DNA of 63,431 bases, filler included, from Welwitschia mirabilis (taxonomy: Eukaryota), in the NCBI GenBank assembly GCA_051453625.1. It is 4 parts of one record of this genome, joined end to end, with 100 filler letters (N's around TTAATTAATTAA, not from the genome) between each part and the next. Parts side by side here need not be neighbours in the genome. Positions count along the whole stretch, not along the records: positions 1 to 20,905 come from JBOZIK010000001.1; positions 21,006 to 49,476 come from JBOZIK010000001.1; 2 more parts are not named here. One strand, given 5' to 3'. Every line of letters starts with the position of its first letter. Positions within the stretch are counted from its first letter, which is position 1. Shown piece by piece: positions 12,886 through 26,299 of this stretch. Made by a program: the position numbers and the translations under genes. The notes under the pieces are model-generated. The model worked only from the letters and a program-made list of their open reading frames with translations, was not told where the DNA came from and made no database searches.

Positions 12886-15800
12886 TGCATAATTACTATT
12901 ACATTTTAAGGTATTTTGAATTAATTCTGATACTTTACATTTTAAGTAGGAATTAATGATCTTTAAGACCAATTTAACTTGATAAAGAGCTTTAAGAAGG
13001 CTATCATCCCCTCCATCATCTGGATGACAAACTAGAATGATACTACTTGCATGCTAAATAGGATGCTGACTAGCCTGACATGAAGGCTAAATATAGAACT
13101 CTTTCAATATGGAGTCTTCCCCATAATCATCCGAACAACACTTAGGATGACAATCTAATTCTAGTTAATGTATTAAACTTTACCTAGCTTGTGCAATGTA
13201 TCATGCACTTTATATCTGCCATTAGGGTTTTAAAGTGTCTATTAGATTTTCTATTAGTATAATTTGTTATTGTTAATAAATACCACCTTCTTCCTCGATT
13301 CTAATTATCTTCTTTGGCATTCAAAATTCTTGTGATAGGAGATTGAAAGATAAAAAGTCCATTCGTTAGTTGCAGAGAGAAGTATTCCTTGGTGTTGGAC
13401 TATGTCTCTTTCATCAAGGTGCTAGTTATTTGTAATAAGATGTTAGTTTTACTTTCAATGAAAAACTTATTTTGGTTTTATATATTCATGTGCATGTCCC
13501 TAATGGTTTATGTTGCTTATGATTCCATGACAACTTCATTTGTGATATAGGTCATCAAGGGCAATCTTTGTTAAGGTTAAAATCATTAGTTTAGAAACTT
13601 TTACTACATTTTTTATTTCCTAAATTAATCATTGCATGTTTTCTAGATTCTACTTAATAGACTTGATAGCCTAGGTTGGTTTTGATTAGTGACAGTTTTC
13701 TTAATTAATCTAAGTTATATGTGGTTAATCTTTATGACAGGTAGATTTCACAGTTGGATAGATATTGCATTAGAGTAGTATGCATTTGGATTTACATTGT
13801 GTATTTATTTCTTGCATTGTTGATTTTCATTTGGAATGTTAAAAGAAAAACATAAAAATACATAATGAAAATCAATTATGTTTATTTTTGCCTAATTCCT
13901 TTAACAAGTTACGACATTAGAGTCCACTTTTGTCTATATTAGTGTGTTGCATTTGTGTATATATTTGTGATTAATAGGATAATAAAGAATATAATATTTG
14001 CATAAATATGCACAATAACATCTTGGTGCCATTATCGGGGAAGACTGTAAGGAGTTTGAGGATTTTTGTTACCCAGATAAGTTTTTTGAATTTTGATTCA
14101 GGTATTTTTTTGTAGTAGCATTGTATTTTTACTATAACTACTACAGTTTTCCTTTTTGTGTTTTTCCCTGTTTTTCATTTTTCATTCCACATTTTTCAAG
14201 CTTATCATCTTTTCTATCGTCTCGGTGACATAGGTGGATTAAAACCTAGGATTAGAACTTTTCTAAGATTTTTCATAGATTTTTGTTTTTAGTTTTCTAT
14301 CATAGAATAAATATTATCATCTCCTCTATTATCCAAAGGACATATGGGATAACTAACAGTTTCTGCTTCTGTTTCTGTTTTTCTCTGTTTCTGGTTTTTT
14401 ATTTTTTATTTTGTGAAGTAGTCATCCAGATCATCATCCAGATGATGACACAGACGACAATTGGAGAAACATTATTGAGCATGTAGGAACATAGTACACT
14501 CAAGTAAAAAGGTAAAGTATTTGAGAAGTAGAGCCTGATTAAGGAAAATATTAGAGAACATCTAGTCAACTATGATCTTAACTTAGGTATGTACACCCCA
14601 AATATGTAAAGAATTTCTAGAGGTGAACAAATTCTTTTTTCAGCTTTCATTATCTTAGAATTTTATTTTTCAAAAGAAAGCAATAATGAAAAAATGAATA
14701 ATTTTTTATTTATTTATTTTGAATACAATGTAAAATAAAAAATAAGTAATATAATCCAATACCCCAACCATGATAAGAACTCCTAATGCAAATACATCTA
14801 ATGCAAATGTTAGACTTAAAGATTTAATATCCCATAGAAAATATGAAATTTAAAACCCTTCTAACTTACCTTTTAGTGATGATGTAGAATTAAAAAACTT
14901 AAATGCCTATCCAACTTTTTCATGAGAATCTAATGAAGATCCTTTTCAACATCTTACCAATATAGAACAATTAGGGATCACTTCAAGAAATGTAAAAAAT
15001 GAATTAGTGATAGAACTTGCATGATTATCTTTCTTATCATAGTTAGAGATAGAGTGAAACTTTAGCTTAAAACTATACCTCATAAAATTCTTAAAACCTA
15101 GATTGAAGTACAAAAAGCCTTTATCAAAAGATTCATGAGTGAGAGTACAATAAGAAAAAGAAAAAAATGAAGTTACAAATTTCCAACAATAACATAATGA
15201 AAATTATACCATAACATATGAATAATTCATTATAGTTACACATTCCGATCCTATTAATGAATTCCCTAAAGAATAATTAATAAATTATTTTATAGTATAT
15301 TAAATAGGGAAACCAAATAACTTATATATTTTTCATGTGGTGGAAACTTGATAAACTTAGATTTAGAAAATGCATGAACATTATTAGAAGAGGCTAATAT
15401 AGAAATATTGAAAACATATAATTTTCCTTCAACTTTAGATGAGCCTTCATAAAAGAACAAAAGAAAAAGACAAGCTACTTCTTGGATTAATAGACTAAAT
15501 ACAAATCCTATTTTTGATGAACACTTAAAAGCTTTAATGCAAGATGTTAATATCGACTCACCCTTTTGAAACTCTTGCAAAAAAATCCTAAATATGCTAA
15601 GTTGTGGAAAGACCTAGTTAGAAGAAAACAAAAATGTACCATCCCTAGTAAGGTCTTCCTTACATAATCTATCTTTAATGTAGTCATGCAAAAGTGTACT
15701 AAATTCAAAGATCCTAGGGAAACAATAATTAGTATTACTTTAGAAAGAAACAAAAAAATTAAAAAGACTCTAATAGATATAGGAGAAATTTTAAACATCA

Positions 15801-18800
15801 TATCCCTTCATATATGAAAAATACTTGGGTTGAAAAGTAGAATTAAACCTACATGGATCATCTCAAAGTTAGCTGATACTTCAAATAAAAACCCCTTAGG
15901 AATTATATAAGACTTAATAATTCAAATAGAAAAATCCTTCTACTCCATAAATGTGGTTATTATTGAAGTAGAACATAGTAGAGGTTATTTAATACTCTTA
16001 AAAAGAGCCTTTTGTACAATCACCCACTACATCATAAACACATAGCATGGAATGATGGAATGTTATATAAGCAATAAGAAGTTCACTATTAGGGGTTTTG
16101 ATGCTACTAAAAAACATATAATATTTGAGTAAAACTTAAATAAGAGGTTAAAATAACTCTATTTTTACAACATTTCCTGATTGAAAAGATATTATTGATG
16201 CTACATGATTCAACTTTGCATGATGATTCAATTAAAATAAATAATTTAAATTCTTTCAACTTTAATGAATCAACTATAATTACTTAGGGACTGATAGTTT
16301 CGATCATGAGGATGAAGAAGTAAAACCCTTAAATTAAAAATAAGTTTAACATATCAGATCAATTGAGAATCTACTTAATAAAGGCTATCATCCATTAGGA
16401 TCATCCAGATGACACACATAAATAATGGTCAATGAAGGATATTAAATGATAAAAAATGAGGATTACATCTTAGAATTAAAAGAATCACATTTGAAGTACA
16501 TATTTCTTTTTAATAACCTTAAGAAACCCTTGGAAAAAAGTGCATATCATATTCGTAAAAAAGAATCCAACTTAGTCTCACTTTTAATTTTTAAGAAAAT
16601 GCCTTTACTTGGATCTACAAGGACTTAGCTACCATCCCCACTTTCATGGTTTAACATAAAATATACCTTAAAGATAACACTAAACTAGTTAGGTAACCTT
16701 AGAAAAGACTTAACCCATCCCTTAAGCAAGTAGTTAAGAATGAAATTATTAAACTTATAAATGCTAGAATTGTCTATGCTATATCTAATAGTGAGTGGAT
16801 TAATTCCTTTATGGTAGTACCTAAGAAGGATGCAAAGTCAAGATGTATTGAGTTTAGAAAAATTAATGAGGCTACTCAGGAGGATCATTGCCTTCTACTC
16901 TTTCTAGATCATATAGTTGATAAAATTCAAGGATACGCCTATTAATGTTTTTTTAATGGGTATAATGGCTAGAATCAAGTTTGCATAGCTAGTAAAAAGT
17001 AAGAAAAGACAACCTTTACTTCACTCTTTAGAACATTTCCTTTAGAAGAATGCCTTTTAGACTTTGTAATGACCCTGAAAATTTTCAATGTGTAATCATG
17101 ACTATCTTTTCTAATAGAACTAAGGATTTCATTGAGATTTTTATGGATGAATTTTCAACATTTGATGAAACCTTTGAATAAATCATGGAAAGGTTATAGA
17201 AATTCTTATATAGATGTATAAAAAGTGACCTACACTTAAGTTAGAAGAAAAACTTTTTCTTATTAATAATGGAAATGTTTTTGATCACCACATTTCTAGT
17301 GAGAAAATTAGGATAAACTCCAAAAAAATAGGTATCATTTAAAATCTTAATCCTCTAACTAATGTTAAATAAGTTAGATTTTTCCTTTATCATGCCACTT
17401 TCTATCACTATTTCATCTAAAACTATATCAAGATTTATAAACTCCTTCACTAGTTATTTGAAAAATAAGCTCAGTTTAATTGGGATGATTCATGCCAACT
17501 TTCTTTTAAAACACTTAAAGGAAAACTCTTCTAATCATATTGTAATATAACCTAATTTGAATAAGAACTTTAAAGGTATGTGCCATAACAATAACTTCAC
17601 TACAGGTGGGATTCTTAATCAAAAATATGAAGAAGGTTTTAAATCATATATTACCTTAGTGAAACCTTGTCTAAGGCCCAGATCAATTACATCACCACTA
17701 AGAAAGAAATATTTTTCATTATATTTCCATTATATTTTTCCTTTAAAACCTTAGATACTATCTTCTTGACTTTAATACCAATTATTTTATAGATCATGTA
17801 GATATACATCACCTTATAACTAAGAAAGATTTTAGTAACAAATTTATTAGTCAGATTCTTCTCATATAAGAATTGAATCATACCATCATTGATAAGGTTG
17901 AAAAATATAATAGTGTTGTAAATAAGTTGTTTTAATTTTCTTATTCTCTTAATAAAATCTTAATCAGTGATTTCTTTCTTGATGAATAACTCTTTTCTAT
18001 TAAATAACTCTATAACATCTCCTCTATTCATATTGCCCCTTAGTATGTTAACATTATGAATTACCTTATTACCATAAAGGAACCTCAACATTATAACCAT
18101 AACCAATAGAAATCATTTCTTCATAGAACTGGTGAGTATGAGAAAAATAAGTTCCATCTTTACCATAAGTGCAAAGACCAAATCATGCATAAATGTGTGT
18201 TGAAATGGGAAATGTTTGATATTCTTAATCTTTGCCATGATGGGGTATGTGGGGGGTTACTTTAGTGGATAGAAGACTATAATGAAAACCTTTATTTTCT
18301 CTTTTATTGGCCCACACTTTTTAAAAATTATTTTAACTTTGCTAAAATGTGTTATGATTGTCAATGTTATGGTAGCCTAACTCACTCTCAAGATATAATC
18401 CTTAAATATATCTTTGAATGTAATCCTTTTGACTATTAAGGATTAACTTTATACACCCTATTAAACCACCTTCTCATGATAAAAATTACATCTTAGTGAT
18501 CACTGATTATATTACTAAGTAAATTGAAGATATTCCTACTGCCATAAATGATGCCCAAACTATTTATAATTTTTAATTCAAACTTATATGTTTTAGTGCT
18601 TTTATTTTTTATAATCTTGATTAGTGATCAAAGAACTCATTTTATTAATTATCATTTTTAGAGAATTATCTTTTCCATTGAAATTAAACATCAAATACTT
18701 GTGCTTATCACCCTCAATTTGATTGCCAAGCTAAGAATGAAAATAGAGAAATTAAGAAGATGCTTTAGAAGCTTATATTTATCAATAAGAAAACTTGGGC

Positions 18801-19216
18801 TTCAAAACTTAATAATTTTCTTTGGGATTATCATACTACTTGAAGAAAGTATTTTGGCTTTTCACCTTACGAACCTATGTACGAAAGAGTTTGTATCTTA
18901 TTGATTGATGTTTGCTATAACTCTTATTAGTTCACTCATCAACTTAATCTTGTAAACTTAGATAAAAATCTTAATTATAATATATCTCACTTAATCACTT
19001 AGATGAGAAATGTACACATGTTATACATCATCAACTTATTCATAAAGCCTAAGCTAATTTTAACTATAACAAAAAGTTAACTCCTAAGAAATTTAAGCTA
19101 TGTTAAGTAGTTCTTTTATACAATACCTAAGTGCATATTTTATACAACAAGTTAACTCTAAATGGTTAGGTCCTTCTATTTTAGGGGGAAAAAATAGTTG
19201 AAATCTAATTCAATCA
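12886..19216 (+). mobile_element. Degenerate Athila-like Ty3/gypsy element (5' LTR ~12886-14020, PBS, gag, protease, RT, RNase H, integrase), truncated by a gap
   Basis: LTR ends ...AATAACA (14020) followed by TGGTGCCATTATCGGGG (14024-14040), a decayed tRNA-Asp PBS (TGGCGCCGTTGCCGGGG) typical of Athila; gag ESNEDPFQHL (~14925); KFKDPRETIISITL (~15700); RT SEWINSFMVVPKK (~16790), IFMDEFS (~17137); integrase remnants 18200-18900. LTR start approximate. Confidence 0.82.
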
Positions 19217-20905
19217 NNNNNNNNNNNNNNNNNNNNNNNNNNNNNNNNNNNNNNNNNNNNNNNNNNNNNNNNNNNNNNNNNNNNNNNNNNNNNNNNNNNN
19301 NNNNNNNNNNNNNNNNTTTAATGAATAATTTATCTTAGTTCATTTTATAGAAACAACCATAAAAAAAAAGCAAGCATACAAGAACATTTCTTTTTTCCCC
19401 CAAGACTATAATAGATAAAGGAAATAATCTTTTCTTTTGTTTTCTATCTAAATAAAGGAAATATTCTTTTTTTGCTTTTAATAATAATTAAAAATATAAA
19501 ATAATGTACTTAAATAAACTAAAACATACCTAGAGTTATGTCAATCCTAGAAACACTCTTCCATGCTTATATGATAATCTCTTTGGATTGGTATAAAGAA
19601 GGTAAACAAAAGTAAGTATAGCTCAAGAATAATTATTAAGATATAAGTATTTATTCAAGATTTCATATGGCTATATTATNNNNNNNNNNNNNNNNNNNNN
19701 NNNNNNNNNNNNNNNNNNNNNNNNNNNNNNNNNNNNNNNNNNNNNNNNNNNNNNNNNNNNNNNNNNNNNNNNNNNNNNNNNNNNNNNNNNNNNNNNNNNN
19801 NNNNNNNNNNNNNNNNNNNNNNNNNNNNNNNNNNNNNNNNNNNNNNNNNNNNNNNNNNNNNNNNNNNNNNNNNAATTTTTCTATAATTTTAAACATTAAT
19901 TATAACATTTTTAGGCCTTAAAAATTAATTAATTATGAAGAAAAAGTTAAATTATAGAAGTTTTTCAGAAACTAGACACATAATGGGTTCCTTAAAAACT
20001 AACTTCAACTATTTCATAACTATAAAGTTATTATTTCTAACTTTATCATTTAAGACTAAAAATAACCAAATTTTCTAAAATTAAAGTCCTACCACCATAC
20101 ACTAAAATGATCACAACTTTTATTATACTTTGAGTTTTTGAATGATTCAAGATGTTTTGGAAATCTTATTCAGTTTCCTACAACTTAGGATTATCAAGTT
20201 TGTAAATATGTTTATGGATAGGTGCGGAAATGTAAATTACTTACTTACTATTTTTTGCATTTATTTTCTAATATATTTTAATAAATAAATATTTTAAAAC
20301 TAATTACTTATCAAAAAATTATTAATTTTACACTTTACTATTTATAATAAAATCCTAACTTATAGAAAAAGTTTCACTAATTTATACCTATTATTTAATA
20401 AGATATGATGTTTTTATCCTATGCCTCTATTTTGAAATTTAATTTTCACAATAATAAAAATATGATAAAGTTTCTAGAACTACTTAAGTAATAACTTAGA
20501 TCATAAAAATAATGAATATACTAACTAATTAATTATAGAAAGATAAATAAATTATAAAAACAAAAGAATCATTGTAGGAAAAAAATCAAATCAATTTAAA
20601 AAAACATTTACTATGAGCCTTGAGATTTTCCATGAAAGAGTATTAGCTTAAAGAGAATTTTAAGGATCAGACTTTACCCCTAATAAGTGTTCCTAATGAA
20701 TAATAGATAAAAATAAATATAAATCTAAAATAAACATGGATACGCAAATTTATTTTTTTCTTTTTTTTCAATTGGGAAACCCCCTGGTAACTTTCCATAA
20801 TCATTCATTAATAATCCACCATCACCAAGCACAAGAAACCCCCTTATATCTCACTATAATGTATTAGTGGGTGCCAATGGAGGGGAAAATATTTTATAAC
20901 ATAAT

Positions 20906-21005
20906 NNNNNNNNNNNNNNNNNNNNNNNNNNNNNNNNNNNNNNNNNNNNTTAATTAATTAANNNNNNNNNNNNNNNNNNNNNNNNNNNNNNNNNNNNNNN
21001 NNNNN
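20906..21005. other. Artificial scaffold-joining spacer (44N-TTAATTAATTAA-44N)
   Basis: Identical 100-bp construct occurs three times; the 12-mer gives stops in all six frames. Confidence 0.95.
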
Positions 21006-22000
21006 TAAAGTCAAAACATTGGGCTAGATCTTAAGCCAAATTATTTGTCTTCTTGTGTTTTGAAACCTACAATCAAACGAAATCTTGTGATTGACTAATA
21101 CCAACTTGAAGTTAAAACTTTGAGTTGGATTTCGAGCTAACTCGATGAATTCTTCACTCTACAAGTAAGAAAGAAAATTCTCTAGTTGACTGACATTGAT
21201 CTGAAGTTAGAACTTCAAATCAGATTTCAAACCAAATCATCAATAAGCAAGTCCTAAAAGTTGACTGACACTAGCCCAAAGTCAAAGCTTTAAATTAAAT
21301 TTTAAGTTAACTTTGCCTTATAAACTTACTTTTGAAAGAGGAGGATATTATTTTTGATGATCCCCCTTAACTTATCTCTATAACTCTGCCACTAGACTTC
21401 TTTCTTTTTTATTACTACTCGCTTTTATAATGATGGTGGTTAGAAATTAAAGGACCTCATTAAAAACTCTTAAGTTCTTAATGATCACCTTCAAACTCTT
21501 TTGATATCCCCCACAATAGATTTGATAACCCTCATCAAGAACTTGAGAGTTCTTGACAATTCGCATTGAACTCGGTGTTGTAGAGAGTAATCATCACTTA
21601 AAAATACCTTTGCATTACCTCATCATTCCACTTAAACTCATTCTGGATGACCTCCTCTTTGTTCTCGATAGCCCCAATCATAAGGTTAGTTCTACATTAT
21701 CTCAACCATGTTATCATTTGTGATATTATTTCCAACTTATCAAATTTTTCGAATTTACATCTTACCAACATGTCATTCAAATTTTTCCAACATCAACGAA
21801 GTACAAAAATTTCTAATTGTATCCATTTTCTTTATGATAAGATTTCTCATTTATTACTCAAAGATGCAAATTGAATACAATGGTAAGTATGAGTTTTTAC
21901 CTATATAAAGTCAAAAAAAAAAAGTCAGTAATTTTGACTTTCATCCTTACATTTTACCTTGTTGTGTTTAGCTACTTTCTTGTTTTCAAGATTCTTGGTA

Positions 22001-24908
22001 ATGGCAGAATTTCTTCGAGTAAAATTTTTTGGTATTATTAATACTTTACTTTAAGCATTCAAGAGCATGTCAAACTTTACTTTAGAGGAGACTTAAATCA
22101 ATTAAATACAAATAATATTTTCACTTCTAGATAAATAATGTTTTATATGCCTAGGAAGCAAAGTTTTACTTGGTAAGCTATTTTTAAAGATTTCTTGTTA
22201 TAAGAATTTTTTTGTTATACATGTTTTTCCATACCTAACTCCAATACTAATAAAATTTTTTATAGAATATAAGGTTATTTTATTATTAAATTCTACTCAA
22301 GTTCTTTTAAACCCTTGCTTAACAGAGTTCAAATAGAGAATTATCAAGTAAGGGTGCTATGAGTGGCTTACTTTAAATGATATATTTTCTCTAGAATCTA
22401 TATATGAATTTTACAAAAATATGAGAATCAGTGGTGTCAAAACTATACTGGAAACCATCGTGAAGAATCAGACGAGAGTAATTGCCTAGAAGAAATAAGA
22501 AAAATTTTGCACCTGATGCCTAGTGGAAAGTCCATTGATAATATCAGTAGAAAGGAAGATACAAATCTAAGTATGAGTATGCTGGAATGAGTGGTAGTCC
22601 AAGGAAGAATACTAGTACACAAAGACATAGAGTCAAAATTCTTTATTATTTCTAGAATCATGGTCAGTAATTAGGTATCATTCTTTACAAGAAAAAGAAT
22701 ATCACATTACCTAGCCTATATATGATTACAATAGTAAAGGATAAGATAAATCGCACCAATGTAAATATTGTAGAAGGGAATTTTTTAGGGCTAACGAGGC
22801 ATATTAAAAAATTAAATAAATTTGGAATCAAAGCTTGGGGCATAGTAGGACTTGGATTTCCTTCTATAATCACCTAAATTTTGAGTAACAGTAAAATTTC
22901 ATTCTAACTAAATAAGTCTTGTGTTGAAGTATCTATTAAGAGTTTGTTTAAAGTTAGGGAATTAAGTTTCTTGAGAACTCTAGGACACAAGACTGCCCAG
23001 TCAGACCCAAAGGAATCATCTTCTACCCCTCAAAGTCTATGTTTACTACTATCCTCCTGAAGTATACTACAAGACCCATTCTAATTCACATTTAAAGAAC
23101 TCCTATCTTCCCATCCATTTCAATCTGGCTAATTCTCTAAAGCAATAGAGGAAGACAAACTGAATAAACTCTGTAGTACTTTAAAATCAATCAGAGATGA
23201 TATTTAAACTTGTTTAGGAAAAAAAAAGAAGTTTCAACATTATAGAACTAGATTGGTGATCTAAAAATTAAAAATGAATTCTTGAGAAAAAAGTTATATC
23301 AAGAAAAAGAAATCAATGAAAAGCTACATCACAAGATCACCAACAGATAAGAAAATATCCAGCTCTCTAAATCTTTTAAATATTTAAGCAGGAAATTATA
23401 GAGAGATTATAAATTACTAAACTAAAGACAGTTTCTGAAGATAGGGAAGAATTAGAAAATTTTTTGAGGGAAAGGCTAGACAGGTTAGTATCCTTATTGC
23501 TAAATTTAGATTTAAGTAAAAAGTATGATTCTAAATATATAGAACACTAGTAGAATTCATCACATTCATGTACAATGAAGGGTTTCTACTCTTGAATAGG
23601 AAATATTTGAATAAAATCTACACAGACATGTAGGGGATGATCAAAAGATTCATGAATATCCATGCAGAGACCCAAAAATATAGACATAAATGGCTTGAAG
23701 CTCAGAATTCTTTAGGATACTATCAATTCCTTTTAAGAGCGAATAAGAAAGCTATGGATCAGATAACAGAAGAAAATAAGACTCACAAAAATCAAATGCG
23801 AGAGGCAAGCTTTTCTAGCCAACCTCCACATGATTCATCAATGAAACAATTTTCTTTAAAAATAAGGGAGGAAATTAGAAGAGTAACAAGTTCGATTCAG
23901 GGAACTCCTTAAACTTATTTAACTCTATCTAGTGAGATAGAAGACATAATAAAGTTGAATATTATAATTACTTTAAGAGAATATTATGTAGATTTAAATA
24001 AGGTTATTAGAATAATAATCCTTGAGTCTATCCAACTCATTATTCAAAATTTAGAAAAAGAAAACATGATATTGCTCCATGCATTTCCTCTCATAAAAGT
24101 GGATTTAGGTAAGTAGATTGGATTTGGGCATGAATAATTGACTATGCCACACAACCTTAACTATTACCCCTAAAAGTTATATGACTTTATTGATATATTT
24201 GAAGAGAATTTGGAGGGTATTATTTAGAAAACTTCTAGGGGATGATTAAGGCTAAGCCATATTTTTTATAATTACAAAAGCGATATTAAAGCATTATGGC
24301 CTGAAATTATTCAGAAAGGAATGAAAGTTTCCATGAAAGAACTTAAAAATTCTTTGAATGACACTACAACAAATTTTGTAGGTTATTAAAAGAGTGTGAA
24401 TCAGATGTTAAAGTTTTTATCACGTTCTCTTAAGGTTTTTCAATAGTAATATTCTCTTAAAGATTAAATTATTCAGAACATAACTATGCTAAGAGGCATG
24501 TTCGTGAATATTTTTTCAAAATTGGAGAATAAAGATTCCTATAAAATGTATGTAGTTCCCCTTTAGCAAATATCAAGACTAGGAGTGCAAGTTAAAGCAA
24601 CTCCAAAACCAAAACATGTGCCCTAAAATTCCAAAGCACAAGTCCCTTCAGCTCCTAAGAGAAAAAGAGGAGAATCAACCAAGCCAAGGGCTCCTCTACG
24701 AGGCAGAGGCTAGGGTAGAAAAGAAGGTCTGGGGCAGGAAGAAATAGATATCATAGATTTGAATGATCCTACTCTTTAAGAGGAACAAATAAAGCTCTTA
24801 GAGGCCTTGTAAAAGGTGAAATAGTCTACCCAACTAACTAGAAAAAGGAAGAAGCCAGAATCTAGCAAGGAGCATCCATTTATTTTAAAAAGAAGAAAAG
24901 AAAAATAA
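22001..24908 (+). pseudogene. Disrupted env-like / extra ORF of Athila-like retrotransposon
   Basis: LESIYEFYKNMRI (~22391-22429) resembles the LVREFYAN motif of Athila env-like/'plant transposon' ORFs; coiled-coil-like open stretch 23637-23912; basic C-terminus KRKRGESTKPRAPLRGRG...KRRKEK*; many internal stops. Confidence 0.55.
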
Positions 24909-24989
24909 TGAGGTTCTCCATTTCTCTCTTTTATATATATTTATTTGTTTGTCAAGGAACTAACAAAACCTTAAGCTTGGAGGCGCTAT

Positions 24990-25920
24990 TGAGGATAAAT
25001 TTTAATGTAAATTGTGCTTATTAATAAAGTGTTTTTATTATCTTAGATATGCATTTTAAATAATAATAGATGTTTTTATTTATTAGTATATTTACTAATT
25101 AACAGGTTAGTTAGTTATTATGTATATTTTATTATTGCATTTCAGGTACAAGATGCCATATGGCATAAAGATGGGAGAAGAGCTTGAGATGGTAAAGAAG
25201 TAATAACAAACCTTAACCATATACCTATTCATAAGGAGCAAAGAATGAAAATAGAAAAACAAACAAGGGTATAAGAATAGGTTGGTGGTGATCTTTTTGG
25301 CAAAATGTTCTAGGAATAGACTAAGCAAGAAAGTTAAGAAATGGAGCTCCAGCTATCCTGCAAAGGGCATAGTAGCATTTCACATACTTCATAGTATTAC
25401 CTACAAAGGAGAACATAAGCCTCAGCACATATTTATGTAATAATTGAAATTTTAATATAAAGATGAAAAGCATATTTGAGTATCATTGTGTGCATATGTT
25501 ATTACTTAAAAAAGTAACATTATCTCTATTTACTCCTGTTTGTGTAGCTAAACATAAATCAAGATGATTAGTAGTACTTAGAAATAAGTATTGTCCAACA
25601 TTTCATTTAAATTATATCATGCTTTATTACTTTAAACATTCCTTCTTGGTCTAATATTTATACGTAGTAATTTAGTAGTAATAAACCAACCTAACTAGTT
25701 CAAGTACCTTCATCATGAGACTATTATGATGATTCATTTCAAACTAAATGATTGAATCTCAATTATTTCTTTATTAAGCCTTTGGTTATTTTTATTTAAT
25801 GGTGTGATCTTATTTTTAGGTTAACAGTAGCATAGTTTTTGCATTTTTCTAGTATTATTTTATATTGTTTAATATTATTTAGTGATATTTTCTGCACTTA
25901 TTTCATCATATAAGCATTCA
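24990..25920 (+). repeat. LTR (TG...CA) of Athila-like family, copy 1
   Basis: Aligns by eye along its full length with 53171-54128. Confidence 0.85.
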
Positions 25921-26299
25921 TTACTATCTTTATGCATTGAGATATATAAACCTTTACTTAGAATTAAAATAATAGAGTGAGCTATAAATTTCATACTAAT
26001 CTTTTGACTCCACTTTCCTTTTCACTACGTGTCTATGCCATGAAATCTCTTCATGGTACTAATAATTTTAACTAGAATGAAATTAAAAAATTATTGAATA
26101 TAGTATCATGTTAAAGAAGCTTAACATGAGAATTAGTTTGCCAAAAAAAATAGCTTAAAAATAAAGACTATTAAGTTAGTTAAATATTTAAGCCTGACCC
26201 TTGTTATAATTGCTCCAAGTATACTGATTAAGAAATGTTGAGAGTTTTCACAGTCCATGTCTATAAAATAGTATTAGATTTAGAGATAAAAGATGAAAT

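Larger units (their letters stand above)
21006..25920 (+). mobile_element. 3' half of an Athila-like element: hairpin-repeat region, env-like extra ORF remnant, PPT, 3' LTR (24990-25920)
   Basis: Athila-type PPT context TAAGCTTGGAGGCGCTAT then TGAGGATAAA; LTR ends CATTCA; LTR and upstream region are homologous to 51360-54128. Confidence 0.75.

Noticed and set aside
19317..20905. Fragments between gaps that look LTR-like
   Set aside because: Too fragmented to assign family or boundaries
21006..21312. CRISPR-like repeat-spacer reading of the hairpin array
   Set aside because: Repeats are not identical, spacers are shared with the second TE copy, no cas genes, eukaryotic TE context
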